DNA of 32,000 bases from assembly GCA_016205145.1 (NCBI GenBank), contig JACQJH010000002.1, forward strand, positions 605,307 to 637,306, given 5' to 3'. The notes under the pieces were generated by a model that worked only from the letters and a program-made list of their open reading frames with translations, had not been told where the DNA came from and did not search any database. This DNA comes from Candidatus Iainarchaeum sp. Its GTDB lineage: Archaea > Iainarchaeota > Iainarchaeia > Iainarchaeales > JACQJH01. The translations under genes and the position numbers were made by a program. Every line of letters begins with the position of its first letter. Within the stretch, counting starts at the first letter, position 1. Positions 9,881 to 19,204 of this stretch are shown one piece after another.

Positions 9881-10402
9881 TTATTCGTTTTCTATCTGCC
9901 GTATCAGGCGCCTGTGGATGGAAATCAAAAACTTTTCCATGCCGACTGTGAGGGTTCTTCCTGCCGAAAGCCTGTCCTGGATTGCCCTGAGCAGGGACGC
10001 GTCGCGCGCAGAGAGTGATGCGCCTTCCGGTCCGCCGAAAAACTGCTCCAATGTTGCAATCATCTCCCGATGCTTCCGGGTTGAAAGTTTTAGCCTGCTC
10101 TCTTTTTGCGGTTCAGGCAGAACCTCAACAAAACGCCGGCTTGCCGGAGCCCTGCGCTCCGGGCCGGAATATAAGCCTTCTCCGCGTCTGCCGGCAACAT
10201 AGATTCTTGCGTTTGCGGAATCAAACTGTGTTGCCGCAACAGCCGGCACCCCGACCGTTCTTCCGGAAGATGCCCTGCGTTCCCTGCCCGAAAACATGAT
10301 GCCGCCCGCAGAATCGGTTACTTTTATTGCCAAACCCTTTTTTGCCTGCGCGCCGGGTTTTCTGCCAGGGCTTACAGCACGCGGTCTTCTTGATTGCGGC
10401 AT
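9881..10402 (-). CDS. Hypothetical Arg-rich protein (~174 aa from ATG 10402; the track ORF extends to 10519 and would overlap ribD)
   Basis: ORF with internally repeated FSGRERRASSGR / YSGPERRAPASRR. Diverges from ribD across a 37-nt AT-rich spacer. Other frames here are also open, so coding status is uncertain. Confidence 0.45.
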   Translation of the reverse strand: MPQSRRPRAVSPGRKPGAQAKKGLAIKVTDSAGGIMFSGRERRASSGRTVGVPAVAATQFDSANARIYVAGRRGEGLYSGPERRAPASRRFVEVLPEPQKESRLKLSTRKHREMIATLEQFFGGPEGASLSARDASLLRAIQDRLSAGRTLTVGMEKFLISIHRRLIRQIENE

Positions 10403-10439
10403 GATTAAAATAAAATGAAGGTTGTTAATTAAGTTTTGT

Positions 10440-11513
10440 ATGCAAAGCAATGAAAAGTTCATGGCAATGTGCCTTGCCCTGGCGGAGAAGGGAAAGGGCT
10501 TCGTTTCCCCGAATCCCATTGTCGGATGCGTAATCGTGAAAAACGGAAAGGTTGCCGGAAAGGGCTTTCATGAAATTTTCGGCGGGGCGCACGCTGAAAC
10601 AAATGCCTTGAAACAAGCCGGAAAAAAAGCGAAGGGCTCAACGCTTTACGTGAATTTGGAACCGTGCTGCCACTGGGGCAAGACCGGGCCGTGCACAAAA
10701 GCCATAATTGCCGCCGGCGTGGAAACGGTTGTCATTGCAATGCAGGACCCGAACCCTAAAATTCGGGGCAACGGCATTGCGGAGCTTGTGGAAGCCGGTG
10801 TGAAAGTCGAGATCGGAGTGCTTGCGGAGCAGGCGGAAAAGCTGAATGAAAAATTCGTGAAATTCATGAAAACCGGAAAGCCGTTTGTCTGCCTGAAGCA
10901 GGCCCTTACGTCTGATGGAATGGTTTCGTGGGGAAACGGAAAGCGCAAAAGAATAAGTGGAAAGGAGAGCAGGGAACGGGCACTCGTCCTGAGAAACGGG
11001 TTTGACGCGATAATGGTCGGAATAAACACGGTGTTGAAGGACAATCCGAGGCTGACGCGCAGGTCGGGAAATTTTGCGGGGCAGATTTTCAGGATAGTGC
11101 TTGACGCAAGGCTCAGGATTCCCTTGAATGCAAAAGTTTTCGGCTCGGACAAAAAAGCCATAATAGTGTGCGGGCAAAAAGCGGACAGGAAAAAGGAAAG
11201 GCTGCTGCAAAAAAAATGCGTTGTCCTGCGCGTGAAAAGCGGGAACGGGTTGATCAGCCTGAAAGAGCTGTTCAGCAGGCTTGGACGGATGGGAATTTCA
11301 AGCGTCCTGGTTGAAGGCGGGCAGACACTGGCAAGCAGCATTCTTGCGGAAAACCTTGCAGACAATATTTGCTGGGTTGTCTCCAAAAAAAAAGCCGGGC
11401 CGGAAGGAAAATTTTTTGTTGACAAAAGAGTTGGCAGGCTCCGCCTGGAAAACGCGAACGTTTTCCTTCTCGGAAAGGACGCCGTGATTGAAGGCCGGCC
11501 TATTTCGGAGTGA
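10440..11513 (+). CDS. ribD: Bifunctional riboflavin biosynthesis protein RibD (pyrimidine deaminase + reductase)
   Basis: CMP/dCMP-type zinc deaminase motifs HAETNAL and LEPCCHWGKTGPC, followed by a RibD C-terminal reductase-like domain. Confidence 0.87.
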   Translation: MQSNEKFMAMCLALAEKGKGFVSPNPIVGCVIVKNGKVAGKGFHEIFGGAHAETNALKQAGKKAKGSTLYVNLEPCCHWGKTGPCTKAIIAAGVETVVIAMQDPNPKIRGNGIAELVEAGVKVEIGVLAEQAEKLNEKFVKFMKTGKPFVCLKQALTSDGMVSWGNGKRKRISGKESRERALVLRNGFDAIMVGINTVLKDNPRLTRRSGNFAGQIFRIVLDARLRIPLNAKVFGSDKKAIIVCGQKADRKKERLLQKKCVVLRVKSGNGLISLKELFSRLGRMGISSVLVEGGQTLASSILAENLADNICWVVSKKKAGPEGKFFVDKRVGRLRLENANVFLLGKDAVIEGRPISE

Positions 11514-12567
11514 ACGCGATCCCTTCAACCGAAATTTTCGCAGGACAGTCTTTTTCGCCTTCAACTGAAAATTTCACGCCAAGCATCCGCTCGGCAATCA
11601 AGATGTTTGTGAGGGTGTGGCTTGAAAGGCTTGAGCAGAAAATCTGGCTTTTACCCTTTGCGAGGGCCATGAACGGAATGAGCTGGTCGGCAAGGTGCGA
11701 ATCGACCGGTGCCTTCGGAGAAAGCTCCGCGAGAAGGCTTTCAGCCGCGCTTTTTCCCACGGAATCGGATGAATTTTTCCTGTCAGCGAGGCAGGAACAG
11801 CCGACAGCCGGAGTCGAATCAAAAAACGCAAAAATCGAGATGCCGGAACCGGTTGTTTCCCTGCTTTGCTGGTTCCACTCCACGCGCTCGTCGAAATCGA
11901 ACCAGCCGAGCTTTTCGAGCAAAACGCTTTTTGCGGACAAAAACTGCGAATTTGAAACCTCCTTGGGAAAACCCGAGGAGTGGGAAAAAAACTTTATGTA
12001 CTTCATTTCGGACGGCCCGAGGAAAACGATTTTTTTGAGCGGCCATTTGGCTTCCTTTGACGCGAACGAAATCCTGCCGTTGCCCTTCGGGTAATAGCCG
12101 CGCTGTACAAGGTTGACCTCAAAAAAAGCGTTCATCTGCCGCAATGCGGGAAAAAGCGCTTCCCTCAGGTAGTCGACGGGCGGCGAAAAGGGCACATCCG
12201 TTCCGCCCATGACGCGCAAGCCGGTTTCAGCGGCCATTGCGGCAGGCAGGATTGTGTGCAGGAGCAGGGAACAGCTGCCCGCTGTGCCGATGTTGGCTGC
12301 AAGCTTCGCCGGAACGATTTTGCCGGGAGAGAATTTCAGCGAAGTGCTGCCGATTTTTGCCCCATCAACCTTGGCGTTGCAGAGCTCTGCCAGCACCTGC
12401 ACTGATGTGAGGTGCTGCGGCATCAGGCCCGGCTTCGGCCTGTTCTTGCGGATGTTTGAAAGCTCAACCGGCTTTTGCAGCAAGGCCGACAGGCCAAGCG
12501 CCGTGCGCAGCGTCTGCCCGCCGCCTTCGCCGGCCGACGCATCAATCGCAATTGGTTCGTCTGGCAT
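11500..12567 (-). CDS. rtcA: RNA 3'-terminal phosphate cyclase
   Basis: N-terminal IDASAGEGGGQTLRTALGLSAL ... NIRKNRPKPGLMPQHLT matches the RtcA signature. Converges on ribD with a 14-nt overlap. Confidence 0.87.
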   Translation of the reverse strand: MPDEPIAIDASAGEGGGQTLRTALGLSALLQKPVELSNIRKNRPKPGLMPQHLTSVQVLAELCNAKVDGAKIGSTSLKFSPGKIVPAKLAANIGTAGSCSLLLHTILPAAMAAETGLRVMGGTDVPFSPPVDYLREALFPALRQMNAFFEVNLVQRGYYPKGNGRISFASKEAKWPLKKIVFLGPSEMKYIKFFSHSSGFPKEVSNSQFLSAKSVLLEKLGWFDFDERVEWNQQSRETTGSGISIFAFFDSTPAVGCSCLADRKNSSDSVGKSAAESLLAELSPKAPVDSHLADQLIPFMALAKGKSQIFCSSLSSHTLTNILIAERMLGVKFSVEGEKDCPAKISVEGIAFTPK

Positions 12568-12623
12568 AAACTAAGTCTTTTTGCGGAAAATAGTTTAAGA
12601 AGGTTTGCGCCGAAAAGATAGCT

Positions 12624-13529
12624 ATGAATGTTCTGGTCACCGGAAGCTCGGGCATGATCGGCAAAATGCTTTGCGCGGAACTCCGCGGAAAAGGCCACAG
12701 GGTGCGGGGCTTCTCAAGGCGCGAAGGCTGCGACATACTCAAAAAAGAGGACTGTGAAAAAGCCGTGAAAGGTGCGGACGCCGTCTACCATTGCGCCGCA
12801 ATACTCGAAGAGGATGACAGCAGACTGTTCGATGTCAATGTGAAGGGCACGGAAAACCTTTTGGAGGCAAGCGCCAAAGCCAGGATAAGGCATTTCGTTT
12901 TTTTGAGTTCGGTCGGGGTTTACGGGAACTCCGAGGAAAAGCTTGGCGAGGACAGTGCTTTTGCCCCGGCAACGCCTTACGAGAAAAGCAAGGCGGAAGC
13001 AGAAAAAACAGTGCAAACCTATCTTGAAGTTTTGCCCATAACCATTGTCAGGCCGCCGATAGTAATTGGCCCGAACAGCTATTGGCGCAGAATCATAAAG
13101 CTTATTGAAGACGGCTTTCCGATTGTCGGCGGCGGAAACAACAAATGGCAGACGATTTACGTGAAAGACCTTGTTTCATTCCTCGTCTTCATACTCGGAA
13201 AAGACGAAGTCATAGGCGAAACCTATGTTGTCGCGGGACAGGATGCGCCCACCCTTAAGGAGCTGTGCGAAATAGTGAAACGGGAGAAAAAAAGCGCAAA
13301 GAAAAACCCAAGCGTGCCGTTTGCCGTCGGAATGCTTGTCGGAACAATTTCTGACATCGCGTCAAGGATAACCGGGAAAAAATCGCTTGTGGGCAAACAC
13401 AACATCGTGCGCCTTGTAAAAAACAGGCATTACGACATTTCAAAGGCGCTCGCGTTGGGATGGAAGCCGGAGTATTCGACAGAGCAGGCACTGCATGAAA
13501 CCATTGCGTCATTCAACCAGCAGGCATAG
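12624..13529 (+). CDS. NAD-dependent epimerase/dehydratase (extended SDR)
   Basis: VTGSSGMIG Rossmann motif and YEKSK catalytic YxxxK. Confidence 0.85.
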   Translation: MNVLVTGSSGMIGKMLCAELRGKGHRVRGFSRREGCDILKKEDCEKAVKGADAVYHCAAILEEDDSRLFDVNVKGTENLLEASAKARIRHFVFLSSVGVYGNSEEKLGEDSAFAPATPYEKSKAEAEKTVQTYLEVLPITIVRPPIVIGPNSYWRRIIKLIEDGFPIVGGGNNKWQTIYVKDLVSFLVFILGKDEVIGETYVVAGQDAPTLKELCEIVKREKKSAKKNPSVPFAVGMLVGTISDIASRITGKKSLVGKHNIVRLVKNRHYDISKALALGWKPEYSTEQALHETIASFNQQA

Positions 13530-14052
13530 TGCGCCTTTTTGCGCGGGCATGCGCATCATTTGCATTTGACATTAGACTTTGAACCCTGTTTTGGCCGACC
13601 TCGAAAAGGTATGGGAGAAAAGCTTCCGGCACCGCCTTTGTGGCGTGGTCAAGGGCATAAATCACGCCTTGCTTGCTTGACGCGCCGTCAATCAATTCCA
13701 GGATTTCCGATACATGCTGCCTTGCCCTGCCAAGCTCGCCCGTCCGTTCAAGCTCGGCAGCCTCTGCCCCTGCGAATTCAAGCTCTTTGAATGCGCTTGG
13801 AAAATTCCGGTGAACGCCAAAACCCCTTGCTGACGACAAGGCGCGCCCAGCCTCCGTCTGCGAGCCGAAAATTATTCTATTATGCCAGCCCCCAAGCCCG
13901 GCACGCAAAACGCTGTCCTGCGGCCTCGCGTCAAGCTGCGCTTCAACCCAGAGAATGCCGTTCGGTTCGCGCAAAACAAGGCGCGGCGCACGCTCTTTCC
14001 GGCGCAGGAAAGGAAGACCGGCAACAAAATCACGCAACCGTTTTATTGGCAT
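13513..14052 (-). CDS. Hypothetical protein (~180 aa from ATG 14052), immediately downstream of GGGPS
   Basis: ORF on the same strand starting 16 nt after the GGGPS stop. No recognisable motif. Converges on the epimerase gene with a 17-nt overlap. Confidence 0.5.
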   Translation of the reverse strand: MPIKRLRDFVAGLPFLRRKERAPRLVLREPNGILWVEAQLDARPQDSVLRAGLGGWHNRIIFGSQTEAGRALSSARGFGVHRNFPSAFKELEFAGAEAAELERTGELGRARQHVSEILELIDGASSKQGVIYALDHATKAVPEAFLPYLFEVGQNRVQSLMSNANDAHARAKRRTMPAG

Positions 14053-14068
14053 AAAACATTCCGCGCGG

Positions 14069-14848
14069 CTATCTTTTTTCCTTTCCGGCTTTCGCAACCG
14101 CTCTTGCTATTTCGGACAAGGTTTTTTCCGCCTGGGAAACATTGCCGTTGACTTTTTCAAGAGCCGAGCCGACATGGATTATGTCGGCGCCCGCCCTGAT
14201 TGTTTCATACGCGAACTTGGGGTTGCGGACTCCGCCGGCCACAATCAGCGGAACGTCAATGGTTTTTTTCACCAAAGAAACCATTTCAGGCGGAGCCGGA
14301 GAATCAGCGCCCCCGCCGGATTCAAGGATTACCAGCCTGGAACCCATGAACTGCCCGCCCAAGGCTGTTGCGGCGGCAAGGTATGGAATGTTGCGCGGAA
14401 TTGCCTGCGCCCTGCCGACCCAGCCGACCGCTCTTCCAGGTTCGACAATGATGTAAGAAGTCGGAATGGGTTCGAGGCCGAGATTTTTAATCGGAAACGA
14501 GGAAGCGATCTGCGCGCCCGAAATGTAATACGGGTCAAGCGAATTGAGCATCGACATGAAATAAATCGCGTCAGCGTATTTTGAGACCGTCGCAATGTTG
14601 CCCGGAAAGATTATGACGGGCAGGGAACAGTTTTCCTTCAACGCAATTATGGACTTGTCCAGGAGTTCGCCTTGCGCCCCGACCGAGCCGCCCACTGCAA
14701 AAGCGTCAATTCCTGCACGCTCGGCGGCCTTCGCCACCTGCGCGGCCTGTTCAAGCGAATACTTCGGCGGGTCGAACTGAATGAAAGCCAGGCCGCCCTT
14801 TTCGCCGATAAGCCTGAGAATGTTCTGGTAAACCTTTCCATCCTTCAT
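14069..14848 (-). CDS. Geranylgeranylglyceryl phosphate synthase (PcrB/GGGPS family)
   Basis: TIM-barrel pattern with FIQFDP, AFAVGGS, VILESGGGA and LIVAGGVR phosphate-binding motifs. Confidence 0.8.
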   Translation of the reverse strand: MKDGKVYQNILRLIGEKGGLAFIQFDPPKYSLEQAAQVAKAAERAGIDAFAVGGSVGAQGELLDKSIIALKENCSLPVIIFPGNIATVSKYADAIYFMSMLNSLDPYYISGAQIASSFPIKNLGLEPIPTSYIIVEPGRAVGWVGRAQAIPRNIPYLAAATALGGQFMGSRLVILESGGGADSPAPPEMVSLVKKTIDVPLIVAGGVRNPKFAYETIRAGADIIHVGSALEKVNGNVSQAEKTLSEIARAVAKAGKEKR

Positions 14849-15084
14849 GCAATCACTGCAAGATTAAGGCAAAATCGCAAATAAAAATGTTGGCTTTGCG
14901 GGGTAGTGATAAAAAGTATAATAACCTAAAAGCATTTTCAGTCATGTGACGAAAAGGCAAATGATGGCATGCAAGCGCGATTCTTTAAAAAAAAGGTTTG
15001 TGGAATGTGTTTTCATATGCCGGCTAATTTGTTTTACGGTGGCAGAACTTGATAATATTTGAAGTCAGGCACAATCCGGACAGA

Positions 15085-15849
15085 ATGCGGACACACGAAC
15101 CGCATTTGGACATTGTCAGAAAGGCCTGGGGCGAGCCGGGCGGCGAAGCGGATATTGCGTGGCGGGGGGCGGTCAGCAAGCCTTGGTGGAAGGGTGGCGG
15201 AACAGACACTATTGAATACCAGGTTCTCAGAAACAGCCCGCAAATAGCCTCGCCGAACAAGGAACGCTTTGTGTTTGCGATTATTAGGCGCGATCAGGAC
15301 AGCAGACGGCCGATAATGGATATCGTTGCATACCCTCAAATTGAACATCTAGACACATTGGCTGAAGCATCAAGAAACAGGTGGTCACGCGGGCCGAGTG
15401 ACCTATATCCGCACGCCTTGGGGGTTGTTCGCCTTAAAGAAAGCTATATTTTTGACGAATCACTCTTTGGTGACCAAATTCCGGTAAAAGGGGGCGATAC
15501 CCGATTCAACAGGAATTCGCAATGCCTTAGCTTACAGTTGGCACAAGCAAATTATAAAACCAAAAAAAAATCCGAAAAAGGCGAAACTGGGAATTTAGAC
15601 AGGGGGCTTGGCAGGTATTACCATCATTGGCGGCTGGCCGCGGTTGAAACCGCAATCAAAATTGCTAGAGAGCAAAATAAGCCGCTTTTCATTAAAAAAT
15701 TACTTTTTAGGTCTAGTCAGGAAATAAATCCAAACGAACCAATGACGCTCAAACCGCAGCTTTATGAGGAAATCTTACAGGCAGCCACAAACGCCGGTGC
15801 AATAGTGGCTGAAAATGAAACAAGCATGATAATTTATTATTCTGAATAA
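15085..15849 (+). CDS. Hypothetical protein (~254 aa; track start 15049 is TTG, ATG at 15085)
   Basis: ORF preceded by GATAATATTT TATA-like box ~30 nt upstream of ATG 15085. No motif recognised. The 3' part from ~15430 is AT-rich. Confidence 0.55.
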   Translation: MRTHEPHLDIVRKAWGEPGGEADIAWRGAVSKPWWKGGGTDTIEYQVLRNSPQIASPNKERFVFAIIRRDQDSRRPIMDIVAYPQIEHLDTLAEASRNRWSRGPSDLYPHALGVVRLKESYIFDESLFGDQIPVKGGDTRFNRNSQCLSLQLAQANYKTKKKSEKGETGNLDRGLGRYYHHWRLAAVETAIKIAREQNKPLFIKKLLFRSSQEINPNEPMTLKPQLYEEILQAATNAGAIVAENETSMIIYYSE

Positions 15850-15858
15850 AAAAACATC

Positions 15859-16518
15859 TCAAATTTGAAGAATCTGCAGAGCAGATTCTATATTTTCCTT
15901 CTGGTTTCCTTTGAAAGGCGGTCCATGGCCCGAAAGCAGGGTTTCGAAGTCAAGCCTTGCAAGCTTTTCAAGCGAGGCAATCATTGTCTTGCGGTCCGAG
16001 CCGGGAAGGTCGACCCTTCCGGAACAGCCCTCGAACAAGGCGTCGCCGGAAAACAAAAGCTTGCGCTTTTTTTCGAAAAATGAAAGGCTGCCAAGAGCAT
16101 GGCCGGGCGTGGCAATCACTTCAAGCGAAAAACCGTTTACTTTCAGGATGTCGCCTTCGGAAAGCGTTTTTTGCACAAAAGCCTTTTCCTTCGAGCCCAC
16201 GATTTTTGCGTGCGTGAACTCGACCATGTTTTCGTTGATGATTTTTTGGCAGGGCGCGGAAGCGAAGAATCCGGCTTTCGAAAAAAGCTTGGCCGCTGAA
16301 AAATGATCGGCGTGCTCGTGCGAGAAAAAAACGCGTGAAACGCTTTCCGGCGCAACGGAGATTTCGGCGAGCGCGGAGCGGAATGCGATTATATTCTGTT
16401 CCGAACTGGTGTCGATGAGGCAGTTTTCCTTTCCCTTGAAAACGTAGGCGTTCGAGCCGAACCGCGGCGGATGGAAGGCGAAAAGGCCGTCAAGGATTTC
16501 TTCAAGCATGGCCGGCAT
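15859..16518 (-). CDS. Metallo-beta-lactamase-fold hydrolase (glyoxalase II-like); start ambiguous (ATG 16518 or 16509, TTG 16542)
   Basis: HEHADH (HxHxDH) motif with downstream TPGH and GD metal-ligand contexts. Confidence 0.85.
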   Translation of the reverse strand: MPAMLEEILDGLFAFHPPRFGSNAYVFKGKENCLIDTSSEQNIIAFRSALAEISVAPESVSRVFFSHEHADHFSAAKLFSKAGFFASAPCQKIINENMVEFTHAKIVGSKEKAFVQKTLSEGDILKVNGFSLEVIATPGHALGSLSFFEKKRKLLFSGDALFEGCSGRVDLPGSDRKTMIASLEKLARLDFETLLSGHGPPFKGNQKENIESALQILQI

Positions 16519-16568
16519 GACGGATTTGGGCGGGAAAACCAATTAATAATCTTCGCTGGAAGAATGGT

Positions 16569-17885
16569 TTGGGGTTTGGCTTGGACTTGGAGAATGCGGA
16601 GGAGATAATCGCCAAGATTGCCTCGGAGTCGGGCAGGCCGGACAGCGAAATCCGCGAACTCGTTGAAAAGAAAAAGGCGAAATTTTCGGGCCTGCTCACC
16701 GATGCCGGCGCGGCTTTCATGATTGCAAAGGAGCTTGACGTGAACATCGGCGTTGAATCAGCGCTGGCGAAAAAGAACAAGATAGCGAACCTGCGCGAGG
16801 GCATGAGCAACATCGACCTGCTTGTCAGGGTATTGCAGGTTTTTCCCCAGAAAGAGTTTGAAAAAGCCGGAAAGAAAGGAGTGCTCTGCAACCTTGTTGT
16901 CGGCGATGAAACCGGCGAAGTGCGGCTTACGCTTTGGCATGGCGACGTGAAAAAGCTTGCGGAAAAAAACGTGAAAAAAGGCGATGTCCTGCTTTTGAAG
17001 AACTGCTTTGTTTCAAGCTTCAACCAGAAAAAACAGGTGGGCTTAGGCTACGGCGGCGAATTTTTCCTTGAAAAGGACGACGGAACGCTTCCGAAAACGG
17101 AATGCAATGCGAAAAAGATTGACGAGCTGTCCGACGGCCTCAACGATGTCAGCGTTGTCGGCAGGATCGGCAGGATTTTTCCCGTGAAGGAATTTGAGCG
17201 CGAGGGGAGCACCGGAAAGGTTGCTAACTTCGAGTTCTTTGATGCTGGCGGGAAAATCCGCGCCACTGCCTGGAACGATTCTGTTTTGCAGATTGAAGGA
17301 AAGGAAGGAAAGGTCGTAAGGCTCGACGGCGCCTACACCAAAAAGGGTTTGCGCGGCGTGGAACTGCACCTCGGCTGGAGGGCAACTGTTTCGGAAGCTG
17401 ATGAAAAAGCAGCCGGAATACCTAAGGAAGCGGAAGCCGAAAGCAAAAGCAGCCGGAAAAAGCTTGCGGAAATGGCTGAGGGCGACAGGTTCGTGGAAGC
17501 CAAAGCAAAAATAGCCGAAGTTCTGGATGGAAGGCTCTTTTTCAACGCCTGCCCGAAATGCGGGGCAAAGGCAACGCTGCTGGATGAAAAATTCGTGTGC
17601 GACAAATGCGGCGAAGTCGAGCCGAAAAAAAATGCCGTGCTGAGCATAATGCTTGACGACACAAGCCGCCAGATGCCTGCAACCTTTTTCGGCGAACAGG
17701 CACTGCAATTGCTCGGCTTGGACCAGGACGATTTCGAGGCCTTGCTTGAAGCTGAAACCGTGGAACAAAACCTGAAGAATTTTTCCGAAAAGCTCGATGG
17801 AAAAGAAATCATTGTGCGCGGATACGTTCGCAAAAACAATTATTCCGGCGAAAATGAGCTTGTCGCGAAGGAAGTTCAAAAATAG
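16569..17885 (+). CDS. rpa: Replication protein A / replication factor A (multi-OB-fold ssDNA-binding protein with zinc finger); non-ATG (TTG) start likely
   Basis: Repeated OB-fold units (GEVRLTLW, GKIRATAW) and a CPKCG...CDKCG zinc ribbon. There is no in-frame ATG near the N-terminus. Confidence 0.85.
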   Translation: MGFGLDLENAEEIIAKIASESGRPDSEIRELVEKKKAKFSGLLTDAGAAFMIAKELDVNIGVESALAKKNKIANLREGMSNIDLLVRVLQVFPQKEFEKAGKKGVLCNLVVGDETGEVRLTLWHGDVKKLAEKNVKKGDVLLLKNCFVSSFNQKKQVGLGYGGEFFLEKDDGTLPKTECNAKKIDELSDGLNDVSVVGRIGRIFPVKEFEREGSTGKVANFEFFDAGGKIRATAWNDSVLQIEGKEGKVVRLDGAYTKKGLRGVELHLGWRATVSEADEKAAGIPKEAEAESKSSRKKLAEMAEGDRFVEAKAKIAEVLDGRLFFNACPKCGAKATLLDEKFVCDKCGEVEPKKNAVLSIMLDDTSRQMPATFFGEQALQLLGLDQDDFEALLEAETVEQNLKNFSEKLDGKEIIVRGYVRKNNYSGENELVAKEVQK

Positions 17886-18070
17886 CTTACTCGGCCATTG
17901 CAACAGCAATGGCATTAGTTCGTACCCGCCGGACGCGACGGCGGTCAGGGGAAACACACCCTAAAAAGCCATTTAAAAAGCAAAAATTATTGTAGTTGTC
18001 ATCGGCCCGGCCAAGAGGAAAGGCAACCAAAAGCCTGTTCCCCGCAAACCCGGAGCCAGGAGATGGGACA

Positions 18071-19030
18071 ATGGGAAAAGACAGCAAAAGCGAGATAAAA
18101 TCTATTGAGGATTTGCCCGGGGTGGGGCCGCAAAGCGCGGAAAAGCTTATTTCTGCCGGCTATGCCACGTTGGAGGGAATTGCGGTTGCATCGCCAGCCG
18201 AACTCGTGGAAGCGGCCGGCCTTGGAGAGGCGACTGCCGCAAAAGTAATCAAGGCCGCGAGGGATGCCCTTGAAATGGGCTTTGAAAGCGCGGACGTTCT
18301 CGCAGAAAAAAGAAAGCTTGTCGGAAAGCTGACAACCGGCAGCAAGGAAGTTGACAACCTGATCGGCGGGGGCATTGAAACGCAGAGCATAACCGAAGTT
18401 TACGGAAAATTCGCTTCGGGAAAAACGCAGTGGTGCTTCGAGACAGCCGTAACTTGCCAGCTGCCGAAAGACCAGGGCGGACTGGAAGGAAACTGCCTTT
18501 ACATTGACTCTGAAAATTCTTTCAGGCCTGAGCGCGTCATAAGCGTTGCGCAGAGGTTCGGCCTGGACGAAAACGAGGTGCTCAAAAACATTTTTGTTGC
18601 ACGCGCATACAATGCAGACCACCAGATGCTTTTGGCTGAAAAGGCGTCGGAAATGGTCAAGGAAAAAAACATCAGGCTTGTCATCGTCGATTCCCTGACA
18701 GCGCAGTTCAGGTCCGAATTCATCGGCAGGGGACAGCTTGCAGGCAGGCAGCAAAAGCTCAACAAGCACATGAGAACATTGCAGAAGCTGGCCGAAATGA
18801 GCAATGTCGTGGTGCTGGTGACAAACCAGGTCATGGAACGGCCGGACATTCTCTTCGGCGACCCGACAGCGCCTGTTGGCGGCAATGTTGTCGGCCATGC
18901 ATCCAAGACAAGGATTTATCTGAGGAAAAGCAAGGACGACAAGCGCGTTGCCAAACTCGTCGACTCGCCTTCGCTGCCGGACGGGGAAGCCATTTACAGG
19001 GTAACGGAAAAGGGGCTGGAGGACATTTAA
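18071..19030 (+). CDS. radA: DNA repair and recombination protein RadA (start at in-frame ATG 18071; the track ORF begins earlier at 17996)
   Basis: N-terminal HhH segment LPGVGPQSAEKLISAGY, Walker A GKFASGKTQ and Walker B RLVIVDS. About 319 aa, as typical for RadA. Confidence 0.93.
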   Translation: MGKDSKSEIKSIEDLPGVGPQSAEKLISAGYATLEGIAVASPAELVEAAGLGEATAAKVIKAARDALEMGFESADVLAEKRKLVGKLTTGSKEVDNLIGGGIETQSITEVYGKFASGKTQWCFETAVTCQLPKDQGGLEGNCLYIDSENSFRPERVISVAQRFGLDENEVLKNIFVARAYNADHQMLLAEKASEMVKEKNIRLVIVDSLTAQFRSEFIGRGQLAGRQQKLNKHMRTLQKLAEMSNVVVLVTNQVMERPDILFGDPTAPVGGNVVGHASKTRIYLRKSKDDKRVAKLVDSPSLPDGEAIYRVTEKGLEDI

Positions 19031-19087
19031 GTCCTCTCCCTGCAATCAGGGAAAAAATCTAATAACAGGTTAAACTGCAATCCTTTT

Positions 19088-19204
19088 ATGCCTGAATCCG
19101 AAGGCAGAAAACTGAAATGCATTGCCTGCGGCGAGGAAATGCTTGAAGTGCACTGCAAAAGCGTGTGCCGCAAATGCGGGGCAATGGTTGATTGCAGCGA
19201 CTGA
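19088..19204 (+). CDS. Small zinc-ribbon protein, 38 aa (below the ORF-track length cut-off)
   Basis: Translation is MPESEGRKLKCIACGEEMLEVHCKSVCRKCGAMVDCSD, with CxxC...CxxC spacing. It fills an otherwise empty intergenic space after radA. Confidence 0.45.
   Translation: MPESEGRKLKCIACGEEMLEVHCKSVCRKCGAMVDCSD

Noticed and set aside
14849-15084. Searched the long AT-rich spacer, and also 19205-19317, for C/D-box or H/ACA small RNAs.
   Set aside because: Only isolated partial boxes are present (ATGATGG, single CTGA). There is no complete C/D'/C'/D arrangement with terminal pairing.
17999-19045. 348-aa ORF antisense to the whole of radA. Similar long mirror ORFs occur at 17043-17957 (opposite rpa), 24159-25181 (opposite RSH), 10646-11425 (opposite ribD), 4323-5069 (opposite htpX/lemA), 27575-28228 (opposite lysK) and 21553-22230 (opposite the CBS gene).
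   Set aside because: Each lies opposite a gene with unambiguous catalytic motifs. Their translations are low-complexity (R/F/L/S-rich) and show no motifs. Stop-poor antisense frames are expected from the codon bias here. I see no evidence for overlapping genes.
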